The position numbers were made by a program, and so were the translations under genes. From assembly GCA_016794565.1 (NCBI GenBank), contig JAEUHQ010000103.1, positions 14,841 to 78,840 of the forward strand: a DNA stretch of 64,000 nucleotides. The letters run 5' to 3'. The stretch comes from Planctomycetota bacterium (lineage in GTDB: Bacteria; Planctomycetota; UBA1135; UBA2386). Below the pieces are notes generated by a model. That model worked only from the letters and a program-made list of their open reading frames with translations, made no database searches and was not told the origin of the DNA. Within the stretch, counting starts at the first letter, position 1, and each line of letters starts with the position of its first letter. Shown piece after piece: positions 20,153 through 29,023 of this stretch.

Positions 20153-22339
20153 ATGAACCGCCATCTCCCCCGCTGGGCAGCCGCCGCGGCGCTGTCCCTC
20201 CTCGCTCCGTCCGTCCTCGCCCAGAACCCCGGCACGTTCCACCTGCGCCTCAGGGAACAGGCTGCGCTGCAGCAGCTCGACGGCGAACTCTGGGGCATCG
20301 GCCCCGACTTCAAGGCCGCGTTCCGCCCGGACGGTGTCGAGTTCACCCCGGCGCTCGGCCGGCGCGCGGCGCGGAACCACCCGGTGACGCTGCGCACGGT
20401 CTCGGTCGGTCGCGGCACGACCGCGGCCGCGGTCCCGGCGGCGGTACCGGAGGCGGCCGGGCAGCGGGCCCGCTACGACCGCGGCGACGTCGCGGAGCGC
20501 TACGACGTGACCCCACGCGGGCTCGAGCAGTCGTTCGTGTTCGACCGCCTTCCCGCCGGCGACGGCGACCTCGTCGTGCGCGTCGCGGTCGAGACCGATC
20601 TGCCGCTGGTGCCAGGCACGGCGGACGGCCTCCGGTTCGAACTGCCCGAGGTCGGCGGCGTCGCGATCGGCGGCGTCACGGGCATCGATGCTGCGGGCGA
20701 GAACACGCGCGGAACGATCACCTGCGACGGCCGGGTCGTCGAACTCCGACTGCCCGCGGCATTCGTCGACGGTGCAGCGCTGCCGCTCGTGCTCGATCCG
20801 CAGATCGGCGCGGTGTTCCCGGTGACGAGTTCGACGCAGGACTACCAGGATCCGGAACTGACGGCGCCCTGCGTCTCCGGCGACGTGTACCTCTGCGTCT
20901 TCGAACGTGAGTTCAGCGCGACCGACCGCGACATCCGCGGCATCCGCGTCGACGGGTCCGGCGCCGTCACTGGTTCGTTGTTCGCGCTGACGACCGGCAC
21001 GGGCGACGACCGCGATCCGACCGCCGCGGCCGTGCCGATGCGGAGCGCGTGGCTCGCGGTGTGGACGCGCGGCGGCGACCTGTTCACGCGCTCCGTCGCG
21101 TCGACGGGGACCGTGAGCAACGAGTTCACCGCGGTGTCGGGCGCCAACAACCAGATCGAACCCGACCTCGGCGGCGACGCGACGGGGACCGTGGACGACC
21201 TCGTGCTGGTGTTCCGCAACTCGTCGCTGAACGCGGTCCAGTGCAGCACGATGACGCTGTTCTCGAACGGCATCATCGCGACGTCGGCGCCGGCGACACT
21301 CGGTACGACGATCGCCGGCAACAACATCGGCCGCCCGCGCATCGCGCACGACGGCGGCGCGCTCGGCCGCTACCTGATCGTCTACCCGCTGACGCCGGGC
21401 TTCAGCGGCAACACGAAACCGCAGCTCGTGCTGATCGACCGCGACGTGAACGTTCTCGCGACCGGCGCGATCACGAACGGTGGCAACGACAACGACCGGC
21501 CCGACGTCGACGGCGACGGCCGCAACTGGGTCGTGGTCTTCGAGGACGAGTTCATCGAGGGCACTCAGGACAACGACGTCGTCGCGATCGCGGTCTGGCA
21601 TCACGAGGCCGGCGCATCGCTGCAGATCGGCGCGCCGCAGTTCGTCACGAACATCGCGAGCGTGAACGAGACGGACCCCGTCGTCGCGTGCTTCGGCAAC
21701 GGCTCCGCGCTGGTCGGCTGGCGCCGGCACAGCGGTCTCGTCGCCGCGAACACCGACCTCTTCTGCAAGACGGTCGACCAGCTCAGCTGCACGACGTGCG
21801 AACCGACCGTGCTGCTCGCGAACACCACCAACATCGAGACCAACTTCGCGATCGAGTGCCACCCGTCGACCGTGAACGAAGGGATCGTGCTGTGGGAAGT
21901 GTCGACGTCGAGCAGCGGCAACGGCGACCTCGACGCCGCGATCTGGGACGCGGAGGACGGCGACGTGGTGACCCCGTTCGGCGGCGAAGGCTGCGGTCCG
22001 AACATCTACTCCGTCGCGGGCTGCGCTCGCGTTGGCAACGCGGGGTTCCAGGTGTGGGTCCGCGGTTTGTCGATCCCGACGAGCTCCGTGTTCGTGCTGT
22101 CGCTGAGCCAGGGCTTCCTGCAGTGCGGCCCCTGCCGGATCTACCCCGACATCTACTCCGGCCTCGTGCTGTACCCCGTGGCCGGCATCAGCGGCGCGGT
22201 GGTCGGCCTCTCGATCCCGAGTGAGCCGGCGCTCAGCGGAATGCGGTTCTACACGCAGTACCTCGTGCCGGCCTCGGCCCCCCTGTGCACGTGGCTCGGT
22301 CGCGACGTCACCAACGCCCTCTCCATCACCATCCAGTGA
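20153..22339 (+). CDS. secreted repeat protein, paralog family type A (A2)
   Basis: ATG at 20153, in frame with track ORF 18134..22339; 728 aa. Signal peptide is MNRHLPRWAAAAALSLLAPSVLAQ. It has the same islands as A1 (WGIGPDFKAAF, FTPALGR, GLEQSFVFDRLP, GDLVVRVAV, LPLVLDPQIGAVF). The C-terminus reads ...CGPCRIYPD...MRFYTQYLV...VTNALSITIQ. Confidence 0.8.
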   Translation: MNRHLPRWAAAAALSLLAPSVLAQNPGTFHLRLREQAALQQLDGELWGIGPDFKAAFRPDGVEFTPALGRRAARNHPVTLRTVSVGRGTTAAAVPAAVPEAAGQRARYDRGDVAERYDVTPRGLEQSFVFDRLPAGDGDLVVRVAVETDLPLVPGTADGLRFELPEVGGVAIGGVTGIDAAGENTRGTITCDGRVVELRLPAAFVDGAALPLVLDPQIGAVFPVTSSTQDYQDPELTAPCVSGDVYLCVFEREFSATDRDIRGIRVDGSGAVTGSLFALTTGTGDDRDPTAAAVPMRSAWLAVWTRGGDLFTRSVASTGTVSNEFTAVSGANNQIEPDLGGDATGTVDDLVLVFRNSSLNAVQCSTMTLFSNGIIATSAPATLGTTIAGNNIGRPRIAHDGGALGRYLIVYPLTPGFSGNTKPQLVLIDRDVNVLATGAITNGGNDNDRPDVDGDGRNWVVVFEDEFIEGTQDNDVVAIAVWHHEAGASLQIGAPQFVTNIASVNETDPVVACFGNGSALVGWRRHSGLVAANTDLFCKTVDQLSCTTCEPTVLLANTTNIETNFAIECHPSTVNEGIVLWEVSTSSSGNGDLDAAIWDAEDGDVVTPFGGEGCGPNIYSVAGCARVGNAGFQVWVRGLSIPTSSVFVLSLSQGFLQCGPCRIYPDIYSGLVLYPVAGISGAVVGLSIPSEPALSGMRFYTQYLVPASAPLCTWLGRDVTNALSITIQ

Positions 22340-22353
22340 ACGGGATCCCGACC

Positions 22354-24522
22354 ATGCGACTCTCCTCCTTCGCGCTCCTGCTCGTTCCGTTCACGCCGCT
22401 GCTCGCCCAGGAACCGCCGCGTCCCGCCTTCGATCTCCGCGCCACGTACGGCGTGATCCGCGCCGACGATGGCACCGCGTGGACGATCGGCGAGGACTAC
22501 AAGGCGTGCTGGACCGGCCGCGGCCTCACGTTCACGCCGGCCCTCGGCGAACGGGCGCGCGCGAACCGCGACCTCTCGCTGCGCGTCGATCGCGTGCAGC
22601 GCGGCGCAGTCACCGTTCTCGCTCCCGTCGACGCCGCGGCGCCCGAGATCGGCGAGCGTCACCTCGCGGTGGTTCGTGGCGAGGTCACCGAACGCTACGA
22701 CGCGCGGCGGGACGGCGTCGAGCAGAGCTTCGTGTTCGCGACGCGGCCCGCGGGCGAAGGCGACCTCGTCGTGCGCCTCGCAGTGGAGACCACGATGACG
22801 GCCCGCACCGAGACCGACGGCACGCTGTTCTTCCACGACGGCGAAGTCGGCGGCGTCCGCATCGGCCACGTCACCGGCGTCGACCGCGACGGTCGTCGCA
22901 CCCGCGGCTCGCTGCGCACACTCGACGCGAGTGCGATCGAACTGCGGCTGCCCGCCGACTTCGTCGACGGCGCCAGCTACCCGATGACGCTCGATCCGCT
23001 GCTGGCGACGGCGTTCCTCGTCGGCAGCGGCAACGACGACCAGCACGTCGACGCGGCGCACGGCGCGTTCGACGGCAACTGGCTCGTCGTGTGGCAGACC
23101 GTCTTCTCCTACTTCGACCAGGACATCCGCGCGCAGCGCGTCGCGAGCAACGGCTCACTCGTCGGCGCCGTGATGTCGCCGTTCCCCACCTCGACGCCCG
23201 AGACCAACCCGTCGGTGTGCTACGTGCGCAGCAAGAACATGCACGTGCTGTGCTGGAACGAAGCGACCGTCCCGTTCGGCCCGTTCACGCTGCGCGCGCG
23301 CAGCGTCGGCACGTCCGCGTTCGGCGCCGTCGTGAACGTCTCCGGCAGCGGCGGCGCCAGCGGCGGCACGTTCCGCACGTGCGGCGATCGCTCCAACACC
23401 GGCAGCAAGGCCCTCGTCGTGTGGAACAGCACCGCAAACAGCGGCACGACGATCGTCGCGACGACGCTCGACCTCACCGCGACGGGTCTGCTCACCGCGA
23501 GTGCCGGCATCGACGTGTCCACCGCGACGGGCCTCTTCACCGACTCGTTCGTTCTCGGCAAGAGCCGCACCCCCACCGGCCAGGTGCTGCTCGGCGCCGC
23601 GCTGCCGTTCTTCGCGGTGCTCTTCTACGCGCAGGCGCTCAGCTACGACGGCGCGATCGCCGGCACGAAGCTCGCGGTCGGAACGATCGGCCCGAACGGC
23701 TTCCGTACGATCGCGATCGACGGCGACGGCCCGCAGAACGTCGCCGTGTGGCGCGACTCGGCGAACACGCTGCAATGCCGGACGGTGACGTGGAACGGCA
23801 CCGCGCTCTCACTCGGCACGCAGACCACACTGACGAGCAACCCCGGCGTGTCGTGCGACATCGGACTCCTGGGCGAACGCTACGTCGCGGTATGGAGCGA
23901 ACCGACCGCGAACCCGTTCGACGACGACCTCGTCGGCATCGCGCTGAAACCCGACTGCAGCGTCTGCAGCAACAAGTTCGCGTTGACACAGGTCGATCGA
24001 CCGAGCGCGATGCTGCCGTGCGTCGCCCCGACGTTCGCGAGCGGCACGTCCGGCGGACAAGCGCTGATCACGTGGGAAGAACGCGACATCACGCCGCCAT
24101 TCCGCGGCAGCATCGCGGCTCAGCGCTTCGACGCGATGGTCGGCGCACCCGCCGTGTTCCTCAGCGCCGGTTGCGGCAACGGCGGCACCGCGACCACGGT
24201 CGGCCCGTTCTCGCCGGGCAACGACGACTTCGCGTTCAGCCTGTCCGGCGGCGACCCGACCGCGCCGTTCGCGTTGATCAGCCTGAGCCTCGGCGGCTCG
24301 TCGATCCTCTGCGGCTGCGAACTCACGAACTTCCTCGTCCTCGAGGCCACCCTGGCCCAGGCCGGCGCGTCGCGCTACGCGTTCAAGCCGTGGTGCGACC
24401 CGAGCTACCTCGGCACGGACATCGAGTTCCAGTGGCTGCTGTGGCCCGCCGCGCAGAGCCCGTGCCCGATCGTGGAGAACCTCGCCGCGAGCAACCGCAG
24501 CCTCGTCACGCTGCGGCCGTGA
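22354..24522 (+). CDS. secreted repeat protein, paralog family type B (B2)
   Basis: ATG at 22354, 14 nt after the A2 stop and in frame with track ORF 22285..24522; 722 aa. Signal peptide is MRLSSFALLLVPFTPLLAQ. Islands are TIGEDYKACW, FTPALGE, RDGVEQSFVFA, GDLVVRLAV and YPMTLDPLLA. The C-terminal ~125 aa are nearly identical to B1. Confidence 0.8.
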   Translation: MRLSSFALLLVPFTPLLAQEPPRPAFDLRATYGVIRADDGTAWTIGEDYKACWTGRGLTFTPALGERARANRDLSLRVDRVQRGAVTVLAPVDAAAPEIGERHLAVVRGEVTERYDARRDGVEQSFVFATRPAGEGDLVVRLAVETTMTARTETDGTLFFHDGEVGGVRIGHVTGVDRDGRRTRGSLRTLDASAIELRLPADFVDGASYPMTLDPLLATAFLVGSGNDDQHVDAAHGAFDGNWLVVWQTVFSYFDQDIRAQRVASNGSLVGAVMSPFPTSTPETNPSVCYVRSKNMHVLCWNEATVPFGPFTLRARSVGTSAFGAVVNVSGSGGASGGTFRTCGDRSNTGSKALVVWNSTANSGTTIVATTLDLTATGLLTASAGIDVSTATGLFTDSFVLGKSRTPTGQVLLGAALPFFAVLFYAQALSYDGAIAGTKLAVGTIGPNGFRTIAIDGDGPQNVAVWRDSANTLQCRTVTWNGTALSLGTQTTLTSNPGVSCDIGLLGERYVAVWSEPTANPFDDDLVGIALKPDCSVCSNKFALTQVDRPSAMLPCVAPTFASGTSGGQALITWEERDITPPFRGSIAAQRFDAMVGAPAVFLSAGCGNGGTATTVGPFSPGNDDFAFSLSGGDPTAPFALISLSLGGSSILCGCELTNFLVLEATLAQAGASRYAFKPWCDPSYLGTDIEFQWLLWPAAQSPCPIVENLAASNRSLVTLRP
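24375..24488 (+). repeat. 114-nt run identical to 19922-20035 (3' region of B2 versus B1)
   Basis: See the partner feature. Identity was read by eye from the two sequence stretches. Confidence 0.8.
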
Positions 24523-24612
24523 CGATCACTTCGGTGAGTGGTCCACGCGCCCGCAGGGAGATCTGTCCGTGCGAGCCGCAAGCATGGCCGCGACGGTCGG
24601 ATCCTCCCGCGC

Positions 24613-26124
24613 TCAGCCCGGCAGCAACCCGCCTTCGAGCTTCACGTAGGCACGCATGCCCTGGCGGCCGCCTTCGCGGCCGAACCCACTCTCCTTGAAG
24701 CCACCGAACGGCGACGCGGCGTCGAAGCGGTTGAACGTGTTGTTCCAGACCACGCCCGCCTTCATGCGTTCGGCGCACCACAGGATGCGTGCGCCCTTGT
24801 CGGTCCAGATGCCCGCGGACAACCCGTAGCTCGTGTTGTTCGCCTTCTCGACGGCTTCTTCCGGCGTGCGGAACGTCAGCACCGCGAGCACCGGCCCGAA
24901 CACCTCTTCCCGCGCGATGCGGTGGCTCATCGAGACGCCCGTGAACATCGTCGGCGGGAACCAGAATCCCTTGCCCGGCAGATCGCACGCGGCCTGGTGC
25001 ATCGACGCTCCGCCCTCCGCGCCGGCGGCGCAGAGTTCGCGGATGCGCGCGAGCTGCGCCTTGCTGTGGATCGCGCCCATGTCCGTGTTCTTGTCGAGCG
25101 GGCTGCCGACGCGGATGCGCGCCATGCGCCGCTGCAGCTTCTCGACGAACAGATCGTGCACGCTCTCCTGCACGAGCAGGCGTGAACCGGCGCAGCAGAC
25201 GTGCCCTTGGTTGAAGAAGATGCCGCGCACGACGCCCTCGACCGCCTGGTCGAGCGCCGCGTCCTCGAACACGACGTGCGCCGCCTTGCCGCCGAGTTCG
25301 AGCGTCAGCTCGACACCACGGCCGGCGACCGCCTTCTGGATCTCCTTGCCGACTTCCGTGCTGCCCGTGAACGCGACCTTCGCGAGGCCCGGATGGCGAA
25401 CGAGCGCCTGGCCGGTGCGGCCGTCGCCGGTGATCACGTTGACGACGCCGGGCGGCAGCCCCGCCTGCTGCAACACTTCGCAGAGGCGCAGCGCGGTGAG
25501 CGGCGACGTCTCCGCGGGCTTCAGCACGACCGTGTTCCCCGCCGCGAGAGCGGGCGCGATCTTCCACGCGGCCATCAGCAGCGGGAAGTTCCACGGGATC
25601 ACCTGCCCCACCACACCGAGCGGTGCGGGAGTCTGTCCGGGGAACAGCAGGTCGAGCTTGTCGGCCCAGCCCGCGTGGTAGAAGAAGTGCTGCGCCGCGA
25701 GCGGCACGTCGACGTCGCGCGTCTCCTTGATCGGCTTGCCGTTGTCGAGCGTCTCGAGCACGGCGAACTCGCGCGCCCGCTCGAGCAGGATGCGAGCGAT
25801 GCGGAACAGGTAGCGCGCGCGGTCCTCGCCGGAGAGCGCCTTCCACTTCGGGAACGCACGCTGCGCGGCCTTCACCGCTGCGTCGACGTCCTTGTCGCCG
25901 GCTTGCGCGACCTCGGACAGCGTCTTCTCCGTCGCGGGGTCGATCGTCGCGAAGTGCTCGCCGGACTTCGGCTTCGTCCACGCGCCGTCGACGAACAGTT
26001 CGTGGCGAGGTGCGATCGTCACGTGATCGGTCGCTTCGGGTGCTTGCTCGTAACGCCACACGCGGCCGAACTCGAGCTCGGGCTTCGCCGCGGAATCCTG
26101 CGTCTTCTGGTCGTTCTTGGCCAT
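24613..26124 (-). CDS. NAD(P)-dependent aldehyde dehydrogenase
   Basis: 503-aa ORF. GVVGQVIPWNFPLLMAAWKIAPALAAGN, the Glu motif LTLELGGKAA and the catalytic Cys motif FFNQGHVCCAGSRLLV. Confidence 0.9.
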   Translation of the reverse strand: MAKNDQKTQDSAAKPELEFGRVWRYEQAPEATDHVTIAPRHELFVDGAWTKPKSGEHFATIDPATEKTLSEVAQAGDKDVDAAVKAAQRAFPKWKALSGEDRARYLFRIARILLERAREFAVLETLDNGKPIKETRDVDVPLAAQHFFYHAGWADKLDLLFPGQTPAPLGVVGQVIPWNFPLLMAAWKIAPALAAGNTVVLKPAETSPLTALRLCEVLQQAGLPPGVVNVITGDGRTGQALVRHPGLAKVAFTGSTEVGKEIQKAVAGRGVELTLELGGKAAHVVFEDAALDQAVEGVVRGIFFNQGHVCCAGSRLLVQESVHDLFVEKLQRRMARIRVGSPLDKNTDMGAIHSKAQLARIRELCAAGAEGGASMHQAACDLPGKGFWFPPTMFTGVSMSHRIAREEVFGPVLAVLTFRTPEEAVEKANNTSYGLSAGIWTDKGARILWCAERMKAGVVWNNTFNRFDAASPFGGFKESGFGREGGRQGMRAYVKLEGGLLPG

Positions 26125-26139
26125 GGCGTGTGCTCCGCG

Positions 26140-27048
26140 TCAGTCGGCGCTGAAATCGGTCGGGCGCTGGTAGCGGCCCGTGCGTTCCTTCTCGAGCTGC
26201 ATCAGCACGTCGTTCAGCAGGGAACTCGCTCCGAAGCGGAACCACTGCGGCGACAACCAGCGGTCGCCGCACGTCTCCGCGACGAGCACCAGGTACTTGA
26301 GCGCGTCCTTGCTGGTGCGGATGCCGCCCGCGGCCTTCACGCCGACCATGCGTCCGGTCTCGAGATAGTGGTCGCGCACCGCCTCGAGCATCAGCAGCAC
26401 GACCGGCAACGTGCTCGCCGGTGCCACCTTGCCGGTGCTCGTCTTCAGGAAGTCGCCGCCCGCGAGCAACGCGATGCGGCAGGCACGCCGGATGTTGTCG
26501 TACGTGCGTAGCTCGCCGGTCTCGAGGATCACCTTGAGGTGCGCGTCGCCGCAGACCTCCTTCACGGCGCAGATCTCGTCGAAGACCTGACCGTAGCGTC
26601 CGGCGAGGAAGGCGCCGCGGTCGATCACCATGTCGATCTCGGTGGCACCGGCGGCGACCGCGAGCTGCACTTCGCGCAACTTGGTCGGCCGGTCGGTGCG
26701 TCCCGACGGGAAGCCGGTCGCGACGGCGGCCACCTGCACGGTGCTGCCGCGCACCGCCGCCGCGGCGACCTCGACGAGATCCGGGTAGACGCACACTGCC
26801 GCGCACGACGGCACGTCGGCGCGGGCCGGCAACGGCCGCATCGCCTTCTGGCACAACTGCCGCACCTTGCCCGGCGAGTCCATGCCTTCGAGCGTGGTGA
26901 GGTCCATCATCGAGATGGCGAGGCAGAGACCCTGCACCTTCGCCTTCTTCTTGATGGATCGCGTGCCGAGATCGGCAGCGCGCGTCTCGAGCGCGACCGC
27001 GTCGACGGGCGGCACACGGAACTCGACGGGAGACAGCGAGTGGGACAT
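26140..27048 (-). CDS. deoC: deoxyribose-phosphate aldolase (long form)
   Basis: ATG at 27048, in frame with track ORF 26140..27861; 302 aa. MMDLTTLEG, VAAVATGFPSG, EIDMVIDRG, LKVILETGEL and the Schiff-base Lys context GDFLKTSTGK. There is a 15-nt gap to the downstream ALDH. Confidence 0.9.
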   Translation of the reverse strand: MSHSLSPVEFRVPPVDAVALETRAADLGTRSIKKKAKVQGLCLAISMMDLTTLEGMDSPGKVRQLCQKAMRPLPARADVPSCAAVCVYPDLVEVAAAAVRGSTVQVAAVATGFPSGRTDRPTKLREVQLAVAAGATEIDMVIDRGAFLAGRYGQVFDEICAVKEVCGDAHLKVILETGELRTYDNIRRACRIALLAGGDFLKTSTGKVAPASTLPVVLLMLEAVRDHYLETGRMVGVKAAGGIRTSKDALKYLVLVAETCGDRWLSPQWFRFGASSLLNDVLMQLEKERTGRYQRPTDFSAD

Positions 27049-27138
27049 CGCGGGACACGCGATCGTGCCGTATCCGCAAGGGGAAGTCACGGCCGCGGCC
27101 TCCAGTCGCCGCGGTGCCGGCGCCGATGACGCCGGGAC

Positions 27139-28020
27139 ATGATCGAAGTCCGCATTCCCCTGCACGACCAGGGTACGGGTCACCGTGGCGAACTGCGCAT
27201 CGCGGGTGGCGTGTGGGCGGGCGACGTCTGCGCCTTCGAGTTCGTCGAGACGCTGCACGGCATGTCCGGAACCGCTGTCTGCGACTGGCGCGAGCCGGAG
27301 ACGCGACTGTTCGTCGACGACGGAGCTGCGGCCGACCCGAGCGCGAACCTGCTGCTCGACCGGATCCGCACCCTGCTGCTCCCGTTCCACCGCGGCTCGT
27401 GGAAGCGCGCCGCCGCCGCGCGGATCGCGGCGCTCCACACCTGCGATCACCGGGGCACGGGGACCGGCTCGACGGAGAGCGCCCGGCAGGCCGCGTTCGA
27501 GAAGGACGTTCTCGACCAGGTCGTGCGACTCGGCGAGCCGCGCAAGGTGCTCGACGTCGCGTGCTCGGTCGGCGAAGGCGTGAGGCAGCTGCGTGCGCGC
27601 GGCGTCGAAGCGTGGGGCTGCGACCCGAGTCCCGATCTCCACCGCATCGCGCTTCCCGACGTCGCCCGATGGCTGCGTCGCGGCGCGGTCGACGCGCTCC
27701 CGTTCGGCCCCGAGGACGGATTCGACACCTTGCTCGCATTCGACGTCTTCCAGCACCTCGCCGAGGACCGCATCGCGCGGATGGTCACCGAATTCGCGCG
27801 GCTCGGCGTGCAGCGCGTCGTCGCGCGCATCGCCCTGTGCGAGTTCTCCGATCCGGGCCACGTCACGCTGCGTCCGCTGTCGTGGTGGGATCGCCAGATG
27901 GCACCCTGGTTCCAGCGACGCGCGGGGAAGGCCCTTCCCGAAATGGCGATCGCGTCCGGTCTCGATCCCGCGAACTTCCTGCGCGTCTACGAACTCTCCA
28001 AGGTGCCCGCGGCGGTGTGA
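27139..28020 (+). CDS. class I SAM-dependent methyltransferase with ~110-aa unknown N-terminal region
   Basis: 293-aa ORF. Motif I-like VLDVACSVGEGV, then the acidic-loop/post-I region WGCDPS and DTLLAFDVFQHL. Confidence 0.6.
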   Translation: MIEVRIPLHDQGTGHRGELRIAGGVWAGDVCAFEFVETLHGMSGTAVCDWREPETRLFVDDGAAADPSANLLLDRIRTLLLPFHRGSWKRAAAARIAALHTCDHRGTGTGSTESARQAAFEKDVLDQVVRLGEPRKVLDVACSVGEGVRQLRARGVEAWGCDPSPDLHRIALPDVARWLRRGAVDALPFGPEDGFDTLLAFDVFQHLAEDRIARMVTEFARLGVQRVVARIALCEFSDPGHVTLRPLSWWDRQMAPWFQRRAGKALPEMAIASGLDPANFLRVYELSKVPAAV

Positions 28021-28026
28021 CCGCGG

Positions 28027-28449
28027 TCAGCGTCGCCCGCGCTCCACGTCGGCGAACGTGAACGGGCGCGGCAGGAGCCGTCGCAGCGACGTGCGCCGCA
28101 CCGCTCCTTTCGTGCCGGCGAGCAGCACGTGCTGCCCCTTGCCGAACTCGGCGAGCACCTGGCGACAGGCCCCGCACGGACTCGCCGGCTCGGCGAGGCC
28201 CGTCACGACCGCGACCGCGAACAACTCGGTGACGCCCGCGGCGACCGCGGCGAAGACGGCGGCGCGCTCGGCACAGATCGTGAGCCCGTAGCTCGCGTTC
28301 TCGACGTTGCAGCCGACGAAGACCCGGCCGTCGCCCGCCAGCACGGCGGCGCCGACCTTGAACTTCGACGCGGGCGCGTAGGCGTTCGCCCGGACGGCGC
28401 GGGCGGCGGCGACGAGGCGGGCGGCGGTGGCGGCGTCGATCCGGCTCAC
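28027..28449 (-). CDS. cdd: cytidine deaminase
   Basis: 140-aa ORF. Zinc motifs are CAERAA and PCGACRQVLAEF. VGCNVENASYGLTICAE is typical of homotetrameric Cdd. Confidence 0.9.
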   Translation of the reverse strand: MSRIDAATAARLVAAARAVRANAYAPASKFKVGAAVLAGDGRVFVGCNVENASYGLTICAERAAVFAAVAAGVTELFAVAVVTGLAEPASPCGACRQVLAEFGKGQHVLLAGTKGAVRRTSLRRLLPRPFTFADVERGRR

Positions 28450-29000
28450 GCGTCACTCCGGTGCCGCGCACTGCGACCGGCGCCGGCGATCAGCGCCACG
28501 AGCGTCGCCACCTGGATGCCGATCTGCAGTGCACAGACCACGAACGGCAGCAGCGAACCGTGATGATCGACCGCGTGTTCGATGTCGACGAAGCCCTGGA
28601 GCAGCACGTAGCCGGCCGCCGCGGTCGCGATCGCGAGCACGACTCCGAACAGGCGCACGTCGGTCTGCAGACGATCGAGCAGGATGCCGAGGAACGCGAC
28701 GATCGGCAGACCGCCCGTGAGTGTCGGCAACAACCACGACACGGGCTCGGGGCCGACGTCGACGAACAGGCACGCCCAGATCCCGACGATCGCGCCGATG
28801 CAGAAGAGCTTGCCCGCGTGGCCCGGCCAGATCGCCGCGAGACCGCAGCCCGCCGCGAAGAGCATCGGCAGGAGCCAGGCGAAGCGCGCCTTCACGGCGG
28901 GTTGCGGCAGGGAGACGATCTCGGTCATGGCCAGCCCGGCGAACGGGCCGCGGATCATCCCACGTCGGAGGACAGCGAGGAAGACCTGCGGCGGTAGCAT
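28446..29000 (-). CDS. small polytopic membrane protein, unknown function
   Basis: 184-aa ORF with 4-5 hydrophobic helices (WLLPMLFAAGCGLAAIW, IGAIVGIWACLFV, LPIVAFLGILL, FGVVLAIATAAAGYVLL, PFVVCALQIGIQVATLVALIAG). Its stop overlaps the cdd start by 4 nt. The true start may be an internal Met at 28958 or 28928. Confidence 0.5.
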   Translation of the reverse strand: MLPPQVFLAVLRRGMIRGPFAGLAMTEIVSLPQPAVKARFAWLLPMLFAAGCGLAAIWPGHAGKLFCIGAIVGIWACLFVDVGPEPVSWLLPTLTGGLPIVAFLGILLDRLQTDVRLFGVVLAIATAAAGYVLLQGFVDIEHAVDHHGSLLPFVVCALQIGIQVATLVALIAGAGRSARHRSDA

Positions 29001-29023
29001 GCCGCGCCCCTTCCGACGACGGC

